Shown here one piece after another: positions 22,071 through 33,449 of a stretch of 64,000 nucleotides of DNA; the stretch's first letter is position 1; each line of letters starts with the position of its first letter. Location of the stretch: the NCBI GenBank assembly GCA_002633005.1, contig NMRA01000982.1:16361-80360 (forward strand), read 5' to 3'. Origin of the DNA: Phoronis australis (lineage: Eukaryota > Animalia > Phoronida). The notes beneath the pieces are model-generated. The model saw only the letters and a program-made list of their open reading frames with translations. It was not told the DNA's origin and searched no databases. A program made the position numbers and the translations under genes.

Positions 22071-24777
22071 TACTTCCCATTGCTTTCTGTACGCATTTCG
22101 TACCATGTATTTTAAACGGGCGGTCGGCCAAATCTGGCCACCTATTTTGAGCTTTCACCTCGTTACAAATACATTCCACACTTAAAGTATCATTTAAAAA
22201 AGCGCTTACTTTCTTCATTGGTCCTGTCTACTTCTATACATATCTTCGATGAAATTTAGTTGTGAGAATTAAGGTGACTTTGGCGAAGAATTCCAACTCC
22301 ACTTTTGTGGTTGGCGTTAACTTTTTCACCAAGTGCGCCATAAACACAAAGCATGTCAACTGAACCACGTGAGTTTGGCACAGGCTAGTGCAACACTGAG
22401 CAAAGCGTGTGATGCTAGCACGTGGCACTTGCAAAATAGCATGAGAAAGTCAGGTGAAATTTGTAAGATTTGTGTCCCTTGGACTTTTTATTCAAGATTC
22501 AACATGCATGATTTCACGTAACTTCCTCAAAATGGCACCCTGTACGGAAAAACTCAAGCAAACTGTGACAGATTTTCATCTATTTGTTCAAGTTGTCTTG
22601 ACTGAATCGTCTCCAGACTTATGGTATGAGTTGTTTATAACTCCATGTGCATATATGCATGTTTGATTTGTTTTTATTTTCTGTATTTTGAAATGAATAA
22701 CTTTTTGTGGGGATGTACTATCGCTCCTGAATGCCTGCGGCATCCAGGGCGATATGTAATTGCTTATTATTCATGGTGATTCCAAAAATGTATTACTCGT
22801 ACCAATTAGGCTCTTCTTATTCATGCATTCACTGGTTTTTATGAGGTGTTCATTTGCGGCAGCTGATCTCGAGTGACTGCCATTATAAAACTGTGACAGC
22901 TCTCGGCAGGAATGATAACTACAATGATCACGTGTGTGTCAGAGGACCCCAAAATTAACTAGTATATTGAAGATACTGCGTTGCACATTAGGGAAACACT
23001 GAGTAAAAAAACAGTAATAGTCATTTATAAAGGATTGCCTCTTCAAGGCTTCATCTTCAGATAAAACATGAGAGTGCTTGTTCTCACGGTCAAATGTTGT
23101 CGTTTCGATTGGACAAGAGCCAGTTTCTATGTTGTTGTTTTTTCAGCTTCACGCAATTCTATGGAACCGTAAGCTACATGTTACATTCCGACACCTACCA
23201 TGTAAACTGTAGCCAGTCATAAGACACATGAGCACCCACATTAGATATGTATATTTTTCTTTATTTTAAAGGTCTGTTGACGTTGTTACATGACTTTGGA
23301 CATTCTCTGTAGTGAGCTCAACATTGGCTTCAGCATTTGTCGCGATTCATTGAGAATGAATGCGCAGCATGTAATAGCCTCATCCAGCAACTGTTGCAGT
23401 TGTGTTATGCTCCATTTCTGGTGTCTAAGCTTTCAAAGGGACTACAGATGGGAGATACATCCTCCACAGGAACCACAAGACATCCAGCGGTGGTCGAATA
23501 TTTTCCTGCCTGTGTTTGACAAGTCTTGTGACCCACCTGGTGAATCATATGAGCCTCTGTTCACTAACTAACTGGCAATTGCCTATTATCTGAATAGTTT
23601 GCACACTTCATCGGAGGTTTGATGATCTTGGCATTTACTACATTAATATTGCAAGTAACACATTTCTTTATGACATCAGCAGTTTATCTTGTTCATGTTG
23701 AACAGGCTCAATTGCACCCACCTTCATATTCACATTATCCTTAACACTGACCCATTCTCTAGCACAGATTATTGTAGATATTCCATCTACCCTTGCGCCA
23801 TTCAGATGTGGAGTCAGCCATCAGTTGTATCCCATTCTCTGCCTCGCACCATTTAGGACAAGGGTCTGTGAAACTAAAGTCACATGACACCCAGACAAAG
23901 TCACCCAACTCTTTGTTATTTTGTGTGCACATGCTCCCTGTTTTCTGTTTTGTTCTTGTTTTGCTTATTGTTATTATTTGTTGTTACGATTTATCACTCT
24001 CCTAATTTTTTTCTTACTATAAGCCTCTGTGCACTCCCACTTCTATTATAATCACATAGTCCATCCCTTGTCAACATCAAAGATTCAGCGTCACACACAT
24101 TCAGTGTGTTTAGGCAGACAATGAAGCAGGTTGAACAAACCGTGAACGATTGTTCTTCCCTTTGTAGCATTTAGTTAAAAGGTGCTCCTTAAAGCAGTTC
24201 ACACCAAATTCCCTCATCCGGACAAAGAAAAATGGAAAAAATAAAACGTTTTCGTATTTTCCAGGACTTAGCCACCCAGGTGATTCACCATTATTTCAGT
24301 CTTTGTGACTTAGTCCTAATCATAACTACAAGCATTTGTGATCTAACGGGATTTTCCGTAGATCAGCTCATGGGTGTGTATTCGAAAAATGAAAATTTTC
24401 AGGTGTGTTAGCACCTGGGCGTTTATTCAGAAAATAGGGGCAAGTAAAGGGAAAGTCATAATTTTGGCCATGCAAATGTCATCATGGACTGAATACACAT
24501 AATTTTGGAATAAAAGTTTCCTGACTTTGATATTTTGAACTTTAAACTGTGTTTAAAAATTTTATTTTAATCAATGCATAGTTCACCAACACTTCGATCG
24601 TTTTTATAAAACTGAATTTGATGCCGAGAAGGGTTTTAAGAGGAATTTTTCCAAAGAAACGCCACTCTCTGGACACCAAACACACCCATGGGCATTTCAT
24701 CAGGTGGGCTTATCTATAGAAAGTTCCTGTAGTATGTAGTTTCTCATTGTTTGCTTTTCTGCAAGTTTAGGTGAACA

Positions 24778-24933
24778 ATGGCTAACCCTAAAGAAGTGGA
24801 CAAGTTCTACAGTGATGCTAGTCAGTATTGGTCAGGAGTTCCTGCTACAGTGGATGGTATGCTTGGAGGATTCACGGCCATTACCAACACAGACATTCAA
24901 GGCTCCTTCGAGTTCCTGCTACCATTTATACAG
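24778..24933 (+). CDS. NTMT1: N-terminal Xaa-Pro-Lys N-methyltransferase 1, coding exon 1
   Basis: FYSDASQYWSGVPATVDGMLGGF is the NTMT1/Tae1 N-terminal signature. Phase-0 donor CAG|GTAC at 24934. An acceptor just upstream of the ATG implies a non-coding 5' exon. Confidence 0.93.
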
Positions 24934-25850
24934 GTACAACTAGCTAACAATGGTAGACTGTCATTCTGGTACAAAACTAGAGATTTCGGGTAGAAGTCTT
25001 AATCAAGTTTTTATTTTTGTCACGAACTGGGTCTCATTAAAACATGATTTATGATTTGTGGTATGACTATCCTAAGACACGAGATGTTCTCCGGATGGCT
25101 CCATCTCTAAATCCTGACTCATTTTTCCACGGTACATGTGCACTCAAACATGTTTGCATCATCATGAGTCTGGGTTCTTGGCTTCAGACTTACTAATCCA
25201 CGACGGGTCCATGGGGGGGAAGGTTCTGGGGGTTTAAACCCATTCTAACATGACCAAAACAAAGATAAGCTCCACCAGCATGACTAAACTCCGACCTCGA
25301 AAAATGTAAAATTTCACCAGTGCCAATAGTGGAAGGTATGTCAACCTACTAGTAAGCTGCACAACTAGATTAATACTAGTTTTAGACCCAAATATGATTC
25401 ATTGATGAGACGTGTGGCGCCAGTATGGCCTCAGATTTTGTTTGGCGATTGGGCAAAATCCCGAGACTCCACAAAGTTGCCATGCACATATTTAAGCATG
25501 CGCTTAAAATGCTACTGTAGGAACTAAACAGACAGTTGTTGACAAGTGTTTCATCCAAACCAGAGGGCCCAGTTCACAACTCACTGATCATTTGCTTTTA
25601 TCTTAGAAAGGAAGTGAGCCTGCACTGGTTATTAAGTTGGAGTTGAAATTGGTCATTATGAAGCACACTGTACACTTCTAATTTTCCATTCGACTAAGGA
25701 AAAAGGCTGCTTGTTATGCGAGACATTTCCTCAATTTGTCGGTTCTTCAATTCAATTATACATTCACTTTCGACTATTGCCAACTCTGTATGCCTTGTTT
25801 TTTGGGCCGGGACTATTTCACACTGCTGCATCCTCATTTACTGTGTGGTG

Positions 25851-26121
25851 CCAGGCCACTTTTGGCGAGTTGACTCAATCCTAAGCGTCTAACCCTGTCA
25901 TGGTTTAATTCAATTCCTGTGTACTTCAGTCTTGTACTGTAGCCCGTCCTTGAGCAGAACACTTGAGCTCCGGTACTCAAGTTGTCTCCGCTGTATAAAT
26001 GATTACATTTAATTGCTGAGATATAACCTGCTATAGACTAGTGTCCTGTCCAGGGTGAGTTAAAAGACACTTGCAGTTAGCAGCCTGCCTGATGGGCTGC
26101 TCACATAGACCTTTATTACCT
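25851..26121 (+). mobile_element. Degenerate SINE (second family) in the NTMT1 intron
   Basis: Contains blocks recalled from widespread metazoan SINE bodies: GTCCTTGAGCAGAACACTT, GCTGTATAAATG, AACCTGCTATAGACTAGTGTCCTGTCCAGGG and GCCTGATGGGC. The head is degraded. Confidence 0.5.
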
Positions 26122-26912
26122 AACGTTGTTACTTGCCTTGCAGAGAGTAATTTTATTCACCTTATTCTAGTTGGGTACAGTATTAATCTCAGTATATGGC
26201 AAAATTAGTGAAGAGTCGCTTTGTTGATATCTTGATCAAAACCAGTGCAGACCATCTTCTTGGTTTAAGTGACCACACTCTCTCCAGATTATCTTAATCA
26301 TGGTATGTTGGTCTGTGATCATGCCAGCGCCAGTGTCTCACCTTTGGAAATACGCTTATCATCTTGCTCTAGATATTCTTGGATTACTTTACTCTAGGAG
26401 AATGATTGTTTAATTCCCCGTAACATCCTGGTCTTGAGAACATTATCTCAACTGTCTACTGCATCTTGGACATTCCCTGCAGTCATGGTTACTGGTGGCC
26501 ATGGTAACTCTGTCTCAGTTAAAGCCTATGATTGTGTGTTTGAATACATGATGTTTTTGTAGATGCAGTTTTAATCCAAGTTCTCACTTAATGACCCCAG
26601 ACTTGGATTTACATATTGTCATAAGGAGACGATGTGACAGATAACTCAGTCTGGAAAATCACCCCAAAATTTTTGCTTTATAAATTACCGAAATGAAATA
26701 TAGCATACTGTTTTAAGAGCTATTGTACAAACTTGTGTTAAATATTCAGACACTCTGGAACTTAATAGCTGATGCTTATGTCAAGTCTGTTGCAGTCTAA
26801 AGTAGAAAATGTCAAAACAATTTGGAGTTCGAGTGGAGCGTAGACTTACATGCCCTGAAATCAGGGTGATAATTGACAGTTTACACAGTTTCTGATCGTT
26901 TTATTTCTGCAG

Positions 26913-27419
26913 GGTGAAAAAGCAACAGTGAAGCCACACCGAGCATGCGACTGTGGTGCAGGTATTGGGCGAATTACCAAAGACTTGCTCTTGCCTCTTT
27001 TTGATACTGTAGACCTCGTCGATGCTTGTCCGAAATTTGTTGAACAGGCGAAGCAAAACCTGCGAGATCGTTCTGTGGACCGATACATCTGCTGCGGACT
27101 ACAGGATTTTACTCCTGAGGCAGGCAGATATAACCTTATATGGATACAGTGGGTTGTAGGTCACCTGACCGATAGCGATCTTGTGAAATTCTTTACTCGA
27201 TGCAAGACTGGATTAGCTGAGAACGGAATAATCATTCTCAAGGAAAACATTGCGTCTGCGGACGACTGTGATTTTGACGATTGTGATTCCAGCTACACTC
27301 GACCCCGGCATTTGATGGAGGAACTGATTAGCAAGGCTGGTCTCAAGATTGTTAAGAATAAAAAACAGAGTGGCTTCCCATCTGACATCTATGCTGTGTG
27401 GATGTTTGCATTCCACTGA
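26913..27419 (+). CDS. NTMT1: NTMT1, coding exon 2 (spliced protein 220 aa)
   Basis: Acceptor ttatttctgcag. Contains the SAM motif DCGAGIGRIT plus GLQDF, IWIQWVVGHLTD, IILKEN and DDCDSSYTR. Confidence 0.95.
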   Translation, partial: GEKATVKPHRACDCGAGIGRITKDLLLPLFDTVDLVDACPKFVEQAKQNLRDRSVDRYICCGLQDFTPEAGRYNLIWIQWVVGHLTDSDLVKFFTRCKTGLAENGIIILKENIASADDCDFDDCDSSYTRPRHLMEELISKAGLKIVKNKKQSGFPSDIYAVWMFAFH

Positions 27420-27653
27420 TGTCCTCATGGAATGAAACAGTCTTGTTGAAGGGGAAACCCACAGTAGTCTTAGTGTTATTCTAGTTAAAAATGCAAATGC
27501 TGTGATTTCTCGCAGACATATTTCAACGTCCATTACTCATTTGCTGGCTTTGTTAATTACTCATGCAACAGTTAAGAAAGTGACATAGCCGACTCAACAA
27601 TGAATTTTCTGGTACTTGTTTTGGCATTCAGTTTCATTGACCTTACTTTCACA

Positions 27654-27760
27654 GACATGGTGTGAGATACTGTTGAGCCGACATGGTGTGAGATACTGTC
27701 GAGCCGACATGGTGCGAGATACTGTTGAGCCGACATGGTGTGAGATACTGTTGAGCCGAC
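27654..27760. repeat. 26-bp minisatellite x4 (GACATGGTGTGAGATACTGTTGAGCC), likely in the NTMT1 3' UTR
   Basis: Four abutting near-identical copies with no spacers. Confidence 0.9.
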
Positions 27761-29623
27761 TACGCTACTTAAAACTGCTGTAGATGCATATTTTGATTCG
27801 GATCACTTATAGTTTGAAATTGGTCTTAATCTATGACTTTTGGGCTAGAAAACACCCGATGCATTTGCGCTTTTGACCAGACTCAGCGAGCTGCCTTGTC
27901 TCGGTGGGTCATTTTATGCTGATGGCATGGTCTCGACCAATAGCAAACTAATTTCTTTGCAAGCCCAGAATTCATTGATCATCTTGAGTAAGAAGAAAGT
28001 TGAGACCAGTTTTATTGGAGGACGTGGTTGATGTCAAAACGCAGGTTTATAGGAACATAAAGCTCGATACTGTTTGATGCATTGCTTATAGTTTATGGCT
28101 ATAGTCAAGAGTAGTTTCTAGAAAGTGTTTGGAGCCACCTGCAGTTCAGGTGACTTGGAGATTTTTGAAGTCATTTGAGGCCTTATGGACAAAGACGTGC
28201 ATTCAGCCAAATATTTATTGAAGTATTGATTTTTAATGAAAGTATATCTTAATGATAGGAAATGTAGAATGCCTGTAGAAATTGATTTTCGACTTTATAC
28301 CAGTCTGCCATTGATTGGGGCCTGTGACCGTGTCTTTTTGTAAAAATTAACAAAATGGTACTTAATAACAAAACAACGGTACCCAGGTATAATCTCAAAA
28401 ATGCTGCTATTGTTTTCTAAGTTATCATTTCGTTTTGTATTATGCAACTTAGCAGTCTTTGGAATTTCTTGACGGATTTAAAGGAAAGTTTTTAAACAGT
28501 TTTCTGATAGGGAGACGGGGACATCTTCCCATTTTCATAGGGGATTGACGTATTCAGTGCCATCCAGTGGCCATTTTATGATATTAATAAACACCCTGAT
28601 GCGCTTACTGTTTGCAATGCTGTCACTGTATCCAGTTCACTGCTAGGAGTTATTGTTGTTCAAATTTGTGATCATTTAAGTTGGAAACATAGCATGTTGA
28701 CAAAAATTTTATGTCTATTCAACACAAGAATGTTCATAAGTTGCCAGGTGTTTTTGGTGAGAAGGTTGTACTTGCGAATAATTTTGCACTCATAAGTTAA
28801 GATAATTATAAAATTATAACTATTACTTCAGCTATGACAATCAGTAATTCTAAAACATTGAATATCCCAGTATAGTGATGAAACCTGCGGTGGAACTTGC
28901 AAATGGGTTCAGAAAATGTGGTCTGGTGCTTTTCATCCACCGGTTTGTTCATCAAGATTTTTAATTTCTGTTCATGTAAAAGTATTTTTCTATAGTTTCA
29001 AATTTTAAGAAAGGTATCTGTTTACTCCTCCTCACTTCTTCCATTTTTTCCCACAAGGCAAAGCACGTTCTCTTATTTAGACTGACAAGACTTAGAGCTA
29101 GCTTATTTCCATTACTGGTATATGGAAAATGTGACCTTTGACCCTTGATGTATACAAAACGATGGCGACTCAAATAGCAGCCAAACTGATTAAGGAGCAA
29201 CTTATGCAGGTCCGAACTGTTTTAAAATTACTTATACAGGTATGATCGAAGTATTCAAATATATTCTAAAATGCACTTGTAATTATGTTCTGAATATTGC
29301 TTGCTTCATTGGCTTGCCTCGTGCTGTGCTGTCAACCTCAGATTCGAGTCCGATGACACGTGATAATCTGCCGTTATATCCATCTTGTCCTTGAGCTGTT
29401 TCTCGAATGATTGTGAGCCCATGCGCGCTGTTATCCAAGTTGAAGGAAGATTCGAAACTCTGGGTACTGCAGAGTTTTTCCTCCAGCGTATTTAAAAATC
29501 TGACGGATGATTTCTTATGGAAATTCGCTGACACGAGAAATTGAATAATTCTGTAGTAGACGTTGTGAGACGATGCTTTTGTCAGAATTATTTAAAAGAT
29601 ATTTTTGCCTCAGAGCAAAGACC

Positions 29624-29735
29624 NNNNNNNNNNNNNNNNNNNNNNNNNNNNNNNNNNNNNNNNNNNNNNNNNNNNNNNNNNNNNNNNNNNNNNNNNNNNN
29701 NNNNNNNNNNNNNNNNNNNNNNNNNNNNNNNNNNN
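29624..29735. other. Assembly gap (112 N)
   Basis: Run of N. Confidence 1.
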
Positions 29736-30314
29736 CCCCCTTGGCTGCCGCAAAAAATGAAACGGCAAGAGCGTGAGGAAATCGAGTTAATAATTATTCC
29801 CGGTAATTAACATGCGGTAGAGGGGAGAGGAGTAGCTCAGTGTCCATACAGACCCACGGTGCAATCGTTTTCCCATTTTTTTACTCCGTTTGTTTTTTAG
29901 TAGTGAGTCCACATCCTCAGAAATTCGAGCCCCCTATCTTTTACGTTTATGACGGAGTTCTCCCGTTCAGTGACTTTCCAGACGTAGAGGGTTGCGAGCG
30001 TGTCTGGTATGACAACAGGCAGGTCAATTATCCGATCTACCAGGCTTATTGCAGACCATGAGTGAACACAGCCAAACACAGGGCGAATTGGTAGATTCGG
30101 AAAGAATCTATTGTCGCAACTTCAGTTGCAGTTGGGAGATTTTGGTAGCTTTTTTGACGTGTAAAAGGCCAAGTGTTGAATGTCATGAACTTTTACTGAA
30201 GAACTGTATCAAACGGCTCCAAAGGTCCATTTTTGGCTAGTAATATGTAAAGATAATTTTGAGTGACTTAATTCTTCAGATATACAGCAACTGTGACCGA
30301 CGGATACATATTCG

Positions 30315-30657
30315 AAAATCTTGATAGGACGGAATCTTTTGAATTATTGTAATTATTTCCCTGCTGATTTAATAAGTCATTTATATAACCTCTGTCAAGT
30401 GGTTTAATCATTTTTATGCTAGTATTACATCCTGATATTTTTCGCATTTTGGCAAAATTCTGGGTTTTTAGAGTTAAAACATAATTTAAACTAGGTAAGT
30501 ATGCGAAATGATATTTATTCACGAATCATTTTTTTTGGCTTCTGGCATAATTTACATCATCAAGAACTGATGAAGGGCTTTCTAATGGCATGACTCTTGT
30601 GCAATTCGGTTTAAAAAGGCGGAGTTGCGCAAAATTTTAATGACAGTAAATTCCATA
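30315..30657 (-). repeat. Dispersed repeat, inverted homolog of 6331-6675
   Basis: Same shared blocks as listed for 6331-6675. Confidence 0.7.
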
Positions 30658-31606
30658 CTCACCAAGAAATCATTGATAAGTCATTACGTCATAAGTTTTT
30701 ATAATTTATGCTTATACAGGTGGTTATTAGTTATCTAGAATGCTCTCCTTACAAATCTTAGTTCAAATGGACGCAACGCATATATGCAACTTTGTCTGGT
30801 ATAAATCAATCTAATTCTGTTCAAGTTTTGCCTACTTTGTTCATCCTTCATTATCGACGATTTTGTCACGGGCGTGCCGTCCCGCCCTGCCCCGTTCCAC
30901 CCCTTCCCGCCTCGCTTCGCACGGTCCCTGTCTTATCCTTTCCTCGTTCCATCTCGTTCCCTAGTTGGTTACGGCAGTTTGTGCTGAAGGGCAAATGAGT
31001 TCTACCTGAGGATCTACTTAGAGCGCTTAGCCACACCAATGTGTCTTCGTCTAGCTCACCCATACATGTACATCGCATTGGTCAACCGGCCGAAACCAGC
31101 AATTTTAGGTTTGATGTTTTGTCAACTAAGAAATCTCCAGTCGACATCACTGCCAGGAACATGTGATATGCGAAGTGAATTAAAAAAAAAATAAAATATA
31201 CGGCTAGGCTAAAATTTGATTTTTATTCATCATATTGTAAATAGTAATTCAAAGGTTAAACTGAAAAAATGAGAAGTTATCGAAATATCCTTTTAATGAA
31301 AATTACTGGCTTGCAGCAAAACGTTTGGACCTTGATTCGCCTTTGTCTTGCAGTCCTCTTGTAGCATGTGGGGGGNTACCTTTCGTGTGCCTGCTCAGCA
31401 TCGTTGCACTTCTTGTGCTTGTGGGTATTTGCCAATGACGTACATGTACTCGAAGAATTTTCACATGTCCGCAAGTTAGTGTTTTCTGATGAAATATGTC
31501 TCCCTCCCTCCTTGCTCTGTCTATGTGTCCGCCCGTCTGCTCGTCCTTCTGTCCGTTTGTCCCTCCCACCCACCATCCCGTCCACCCAGCGGGGCAAATT
31601 CAAAAC

Positions 31607-32510
31607 TGTCAGACGATTGACTGTGGGTTTGTTTAAAAGGTAGCTATGCTTTGAGATTGTGCGTAGATGGAGAGAGAACAATTAAATCCAGTAATTAATT
31701 TATTATGATAACCCTTAATTAGACAAGTGAAACCTGTTATTAATTAAGTAATCTACTACAAAGAAGAGTAACTACACTAGCGCTCTCTTTAATTGATTAC
31801 CTCAATCAATCAACAAAAACAATCAAATGTCTTATCTGCTATCCAAGCTAGGACTCTCGACTTGTATGTCTGTCCTGATGGTGAATCTTCGAACTACACA
31901 TACATGTACTGTATAGCGACAGTTTACTTGCTGGTCACCCACCGTCTCTGGTGATGCAACACTTGCAGGCAATTTCTTCTACCCGCGATTCTTCTTGCTG
32001 GTCACAGTCTCTGGCTGGCGACGCAACACTTCAGGTAGTATCTTACTACCCAAGATGCAAGTGACAAGCTCTTAGTTAACTTCCTGTTCGTTAACCCTTG
32101 CACTTGCCAAGATCCTTTCTAGAATCTTCCACGAGATGGCTCTGTTGTACAATTGCTTCTGTACACTAGCAAATCTTTATGCTTCAACTACTATAGCGCA
32201 TCTGAATATTTTGTTGACTTAAGCCCATATTATAATATCCTACTTATTTAGTGATTGGTTAATAAAAACCACGTGATCATTTCCAATCACATCATTGGCT
32301 GTTACAGATTGTTCTCAGAATTTTCTAGAATCTCTAGAGTACTTTGACCCCAGAACCCAAAGTTGTAAACACCATTTAAAAATAGATTTTGACTTTAAAG
32401 TACATGTCAACAAGTCTGACCCCATGATTTAAAAGTACGTATGCACAAATTTTGGGCAACTTAAAATGGATCTATTCTTACTAATTACTTAATCAATATT
32501 TATTCTGACA
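31607..32510 (-). mobile_element. Solo LTR (904 bp) with 5-bp TSD AAAAC
   Basis: TGTCAGA...TCTGACA termini, with AAAAC at 31602-31606 and 32511-32515. It is a full-length reverse-complement homolog of the LTR at 45468-46367. Confidence 0.92.
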
Positions 32511-32810
32511 AAAACGATTAGGCTGATTTGTCAATAATCTGGTAACAATTTTCAGAGCGCACAGTGATTTTAAAATGCTCAGTAAAATTAAAGGGCTTAT
32601 TGTTATTATAATTTTAAATTTGGCATATCATTTTTCTGCTGGATCAAAAACGCAAGAATGAGATTATAAATCATGACGTTTTGATGACATCAGCACAATC
32701 GGATTTTACATATAGCGAAGGCAACGCGCTGAAAGTGAAAATGGAACATAATATTGGGTTCCGATAGATAGAAGTATTGATAATCATGGCAGCGATGTGT
32801 TTTGGAATAA

Positions 32811-33449
32811 TTGAACTCGAGCGACGGATCGCAGAACTCGGACGAAACGGAAACAAACGAAGACACAGCTGATGAGGAAGAAGTCCAGCCGCTCTCTGAG
32901 CGCAATTCATCTTCCGAATCTATGGTTTTACCTGAAATTACGATTGAACCAGCGACGTCCGAGGAAGACGTTTCGTGCAAAGAATCGTTGGAACGCAAGA
33001 CATCGTCATCTGATTCAATTGAATTCCAAAGTGTCAGTAGTGAATCCGTCAGCTCCTTTGAAACTGACGAGGAAAGAAGTGAGGCAGACGACAACGGAAC
33101 AGAGTCGTCAATCAACTGTTCCAACAGGCAGTCCGACGGTGACGTTGGAAGCTCTGAAGAGGACAGTCTCCAAAAAACACGATCTGAACTTGAATATGAA
33201 AGATTCCTTGAATTTAACGAGATGATGCGTGAAAGATTAAAACATATTGATGAATGGCCACCGCCCAGACCGAGTCTATGGAAAAGGTTCAAAAACAGAT
33301 TTTATAAATGTTTCCCACGACTCAAGCCAAAACCAAAAGACAGAAGATACATCATTCATTTCCCGAAGCCATGGCTCAAACCCAGGACTTATGATTGGTA
33401 TCTTCCAGATCAATTTGATTGTATCGGATGGATGTGCTCGAGTTATTAG
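32811..33449 (+). CDS. Orphan 212-codon ORF: Ser/Glu/Asp-rich N-terminal part and basic-aromatic C-terminal part; start codon not evident
   Basis: Long open frame with protein-like compositional zoning. An in-frame stop lies directly before the TTG, so the 5' end is missing, spliced or frameshifted. Confidence 0.45.
   Translation: MNSSDGSQNSDETETNEDTADEEEVQPLSERNSSSESMVLPEITIEPATSEEDVSCKESLERKTSSSDSIEFQSVSSESVSSFETDEERSEADDNGTESSINCSNRQSDGDVGSSEEDSLQKTRSELEYERFLEFNEMMRERLKHIDEWPPPRPSLWKRFKNRFYKCFPRLKPKPKDRRYIIHFPKPWLKPRTYDWYLPDQFDCIGWMCSSY

Noticed and set aside
23270-23700. Cys-containing minus-strand reading (KKCVTC...HKTC...HNCNSC)
   Set aside because: Multiple stops and no family could be assigned with confidence.
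27654-27760. CRISPR-like 26-bp repeats (likewise the 17-bp repeats at 40998-41087)
   Set aside because: No spacers; these are simple minisatellites.
32690-33292. 200-aa minus-strand ORF
   Set aside because: Antisense to the low-complexity + strand ORF; the Ser/Leu bias is what a shadow frame would show.
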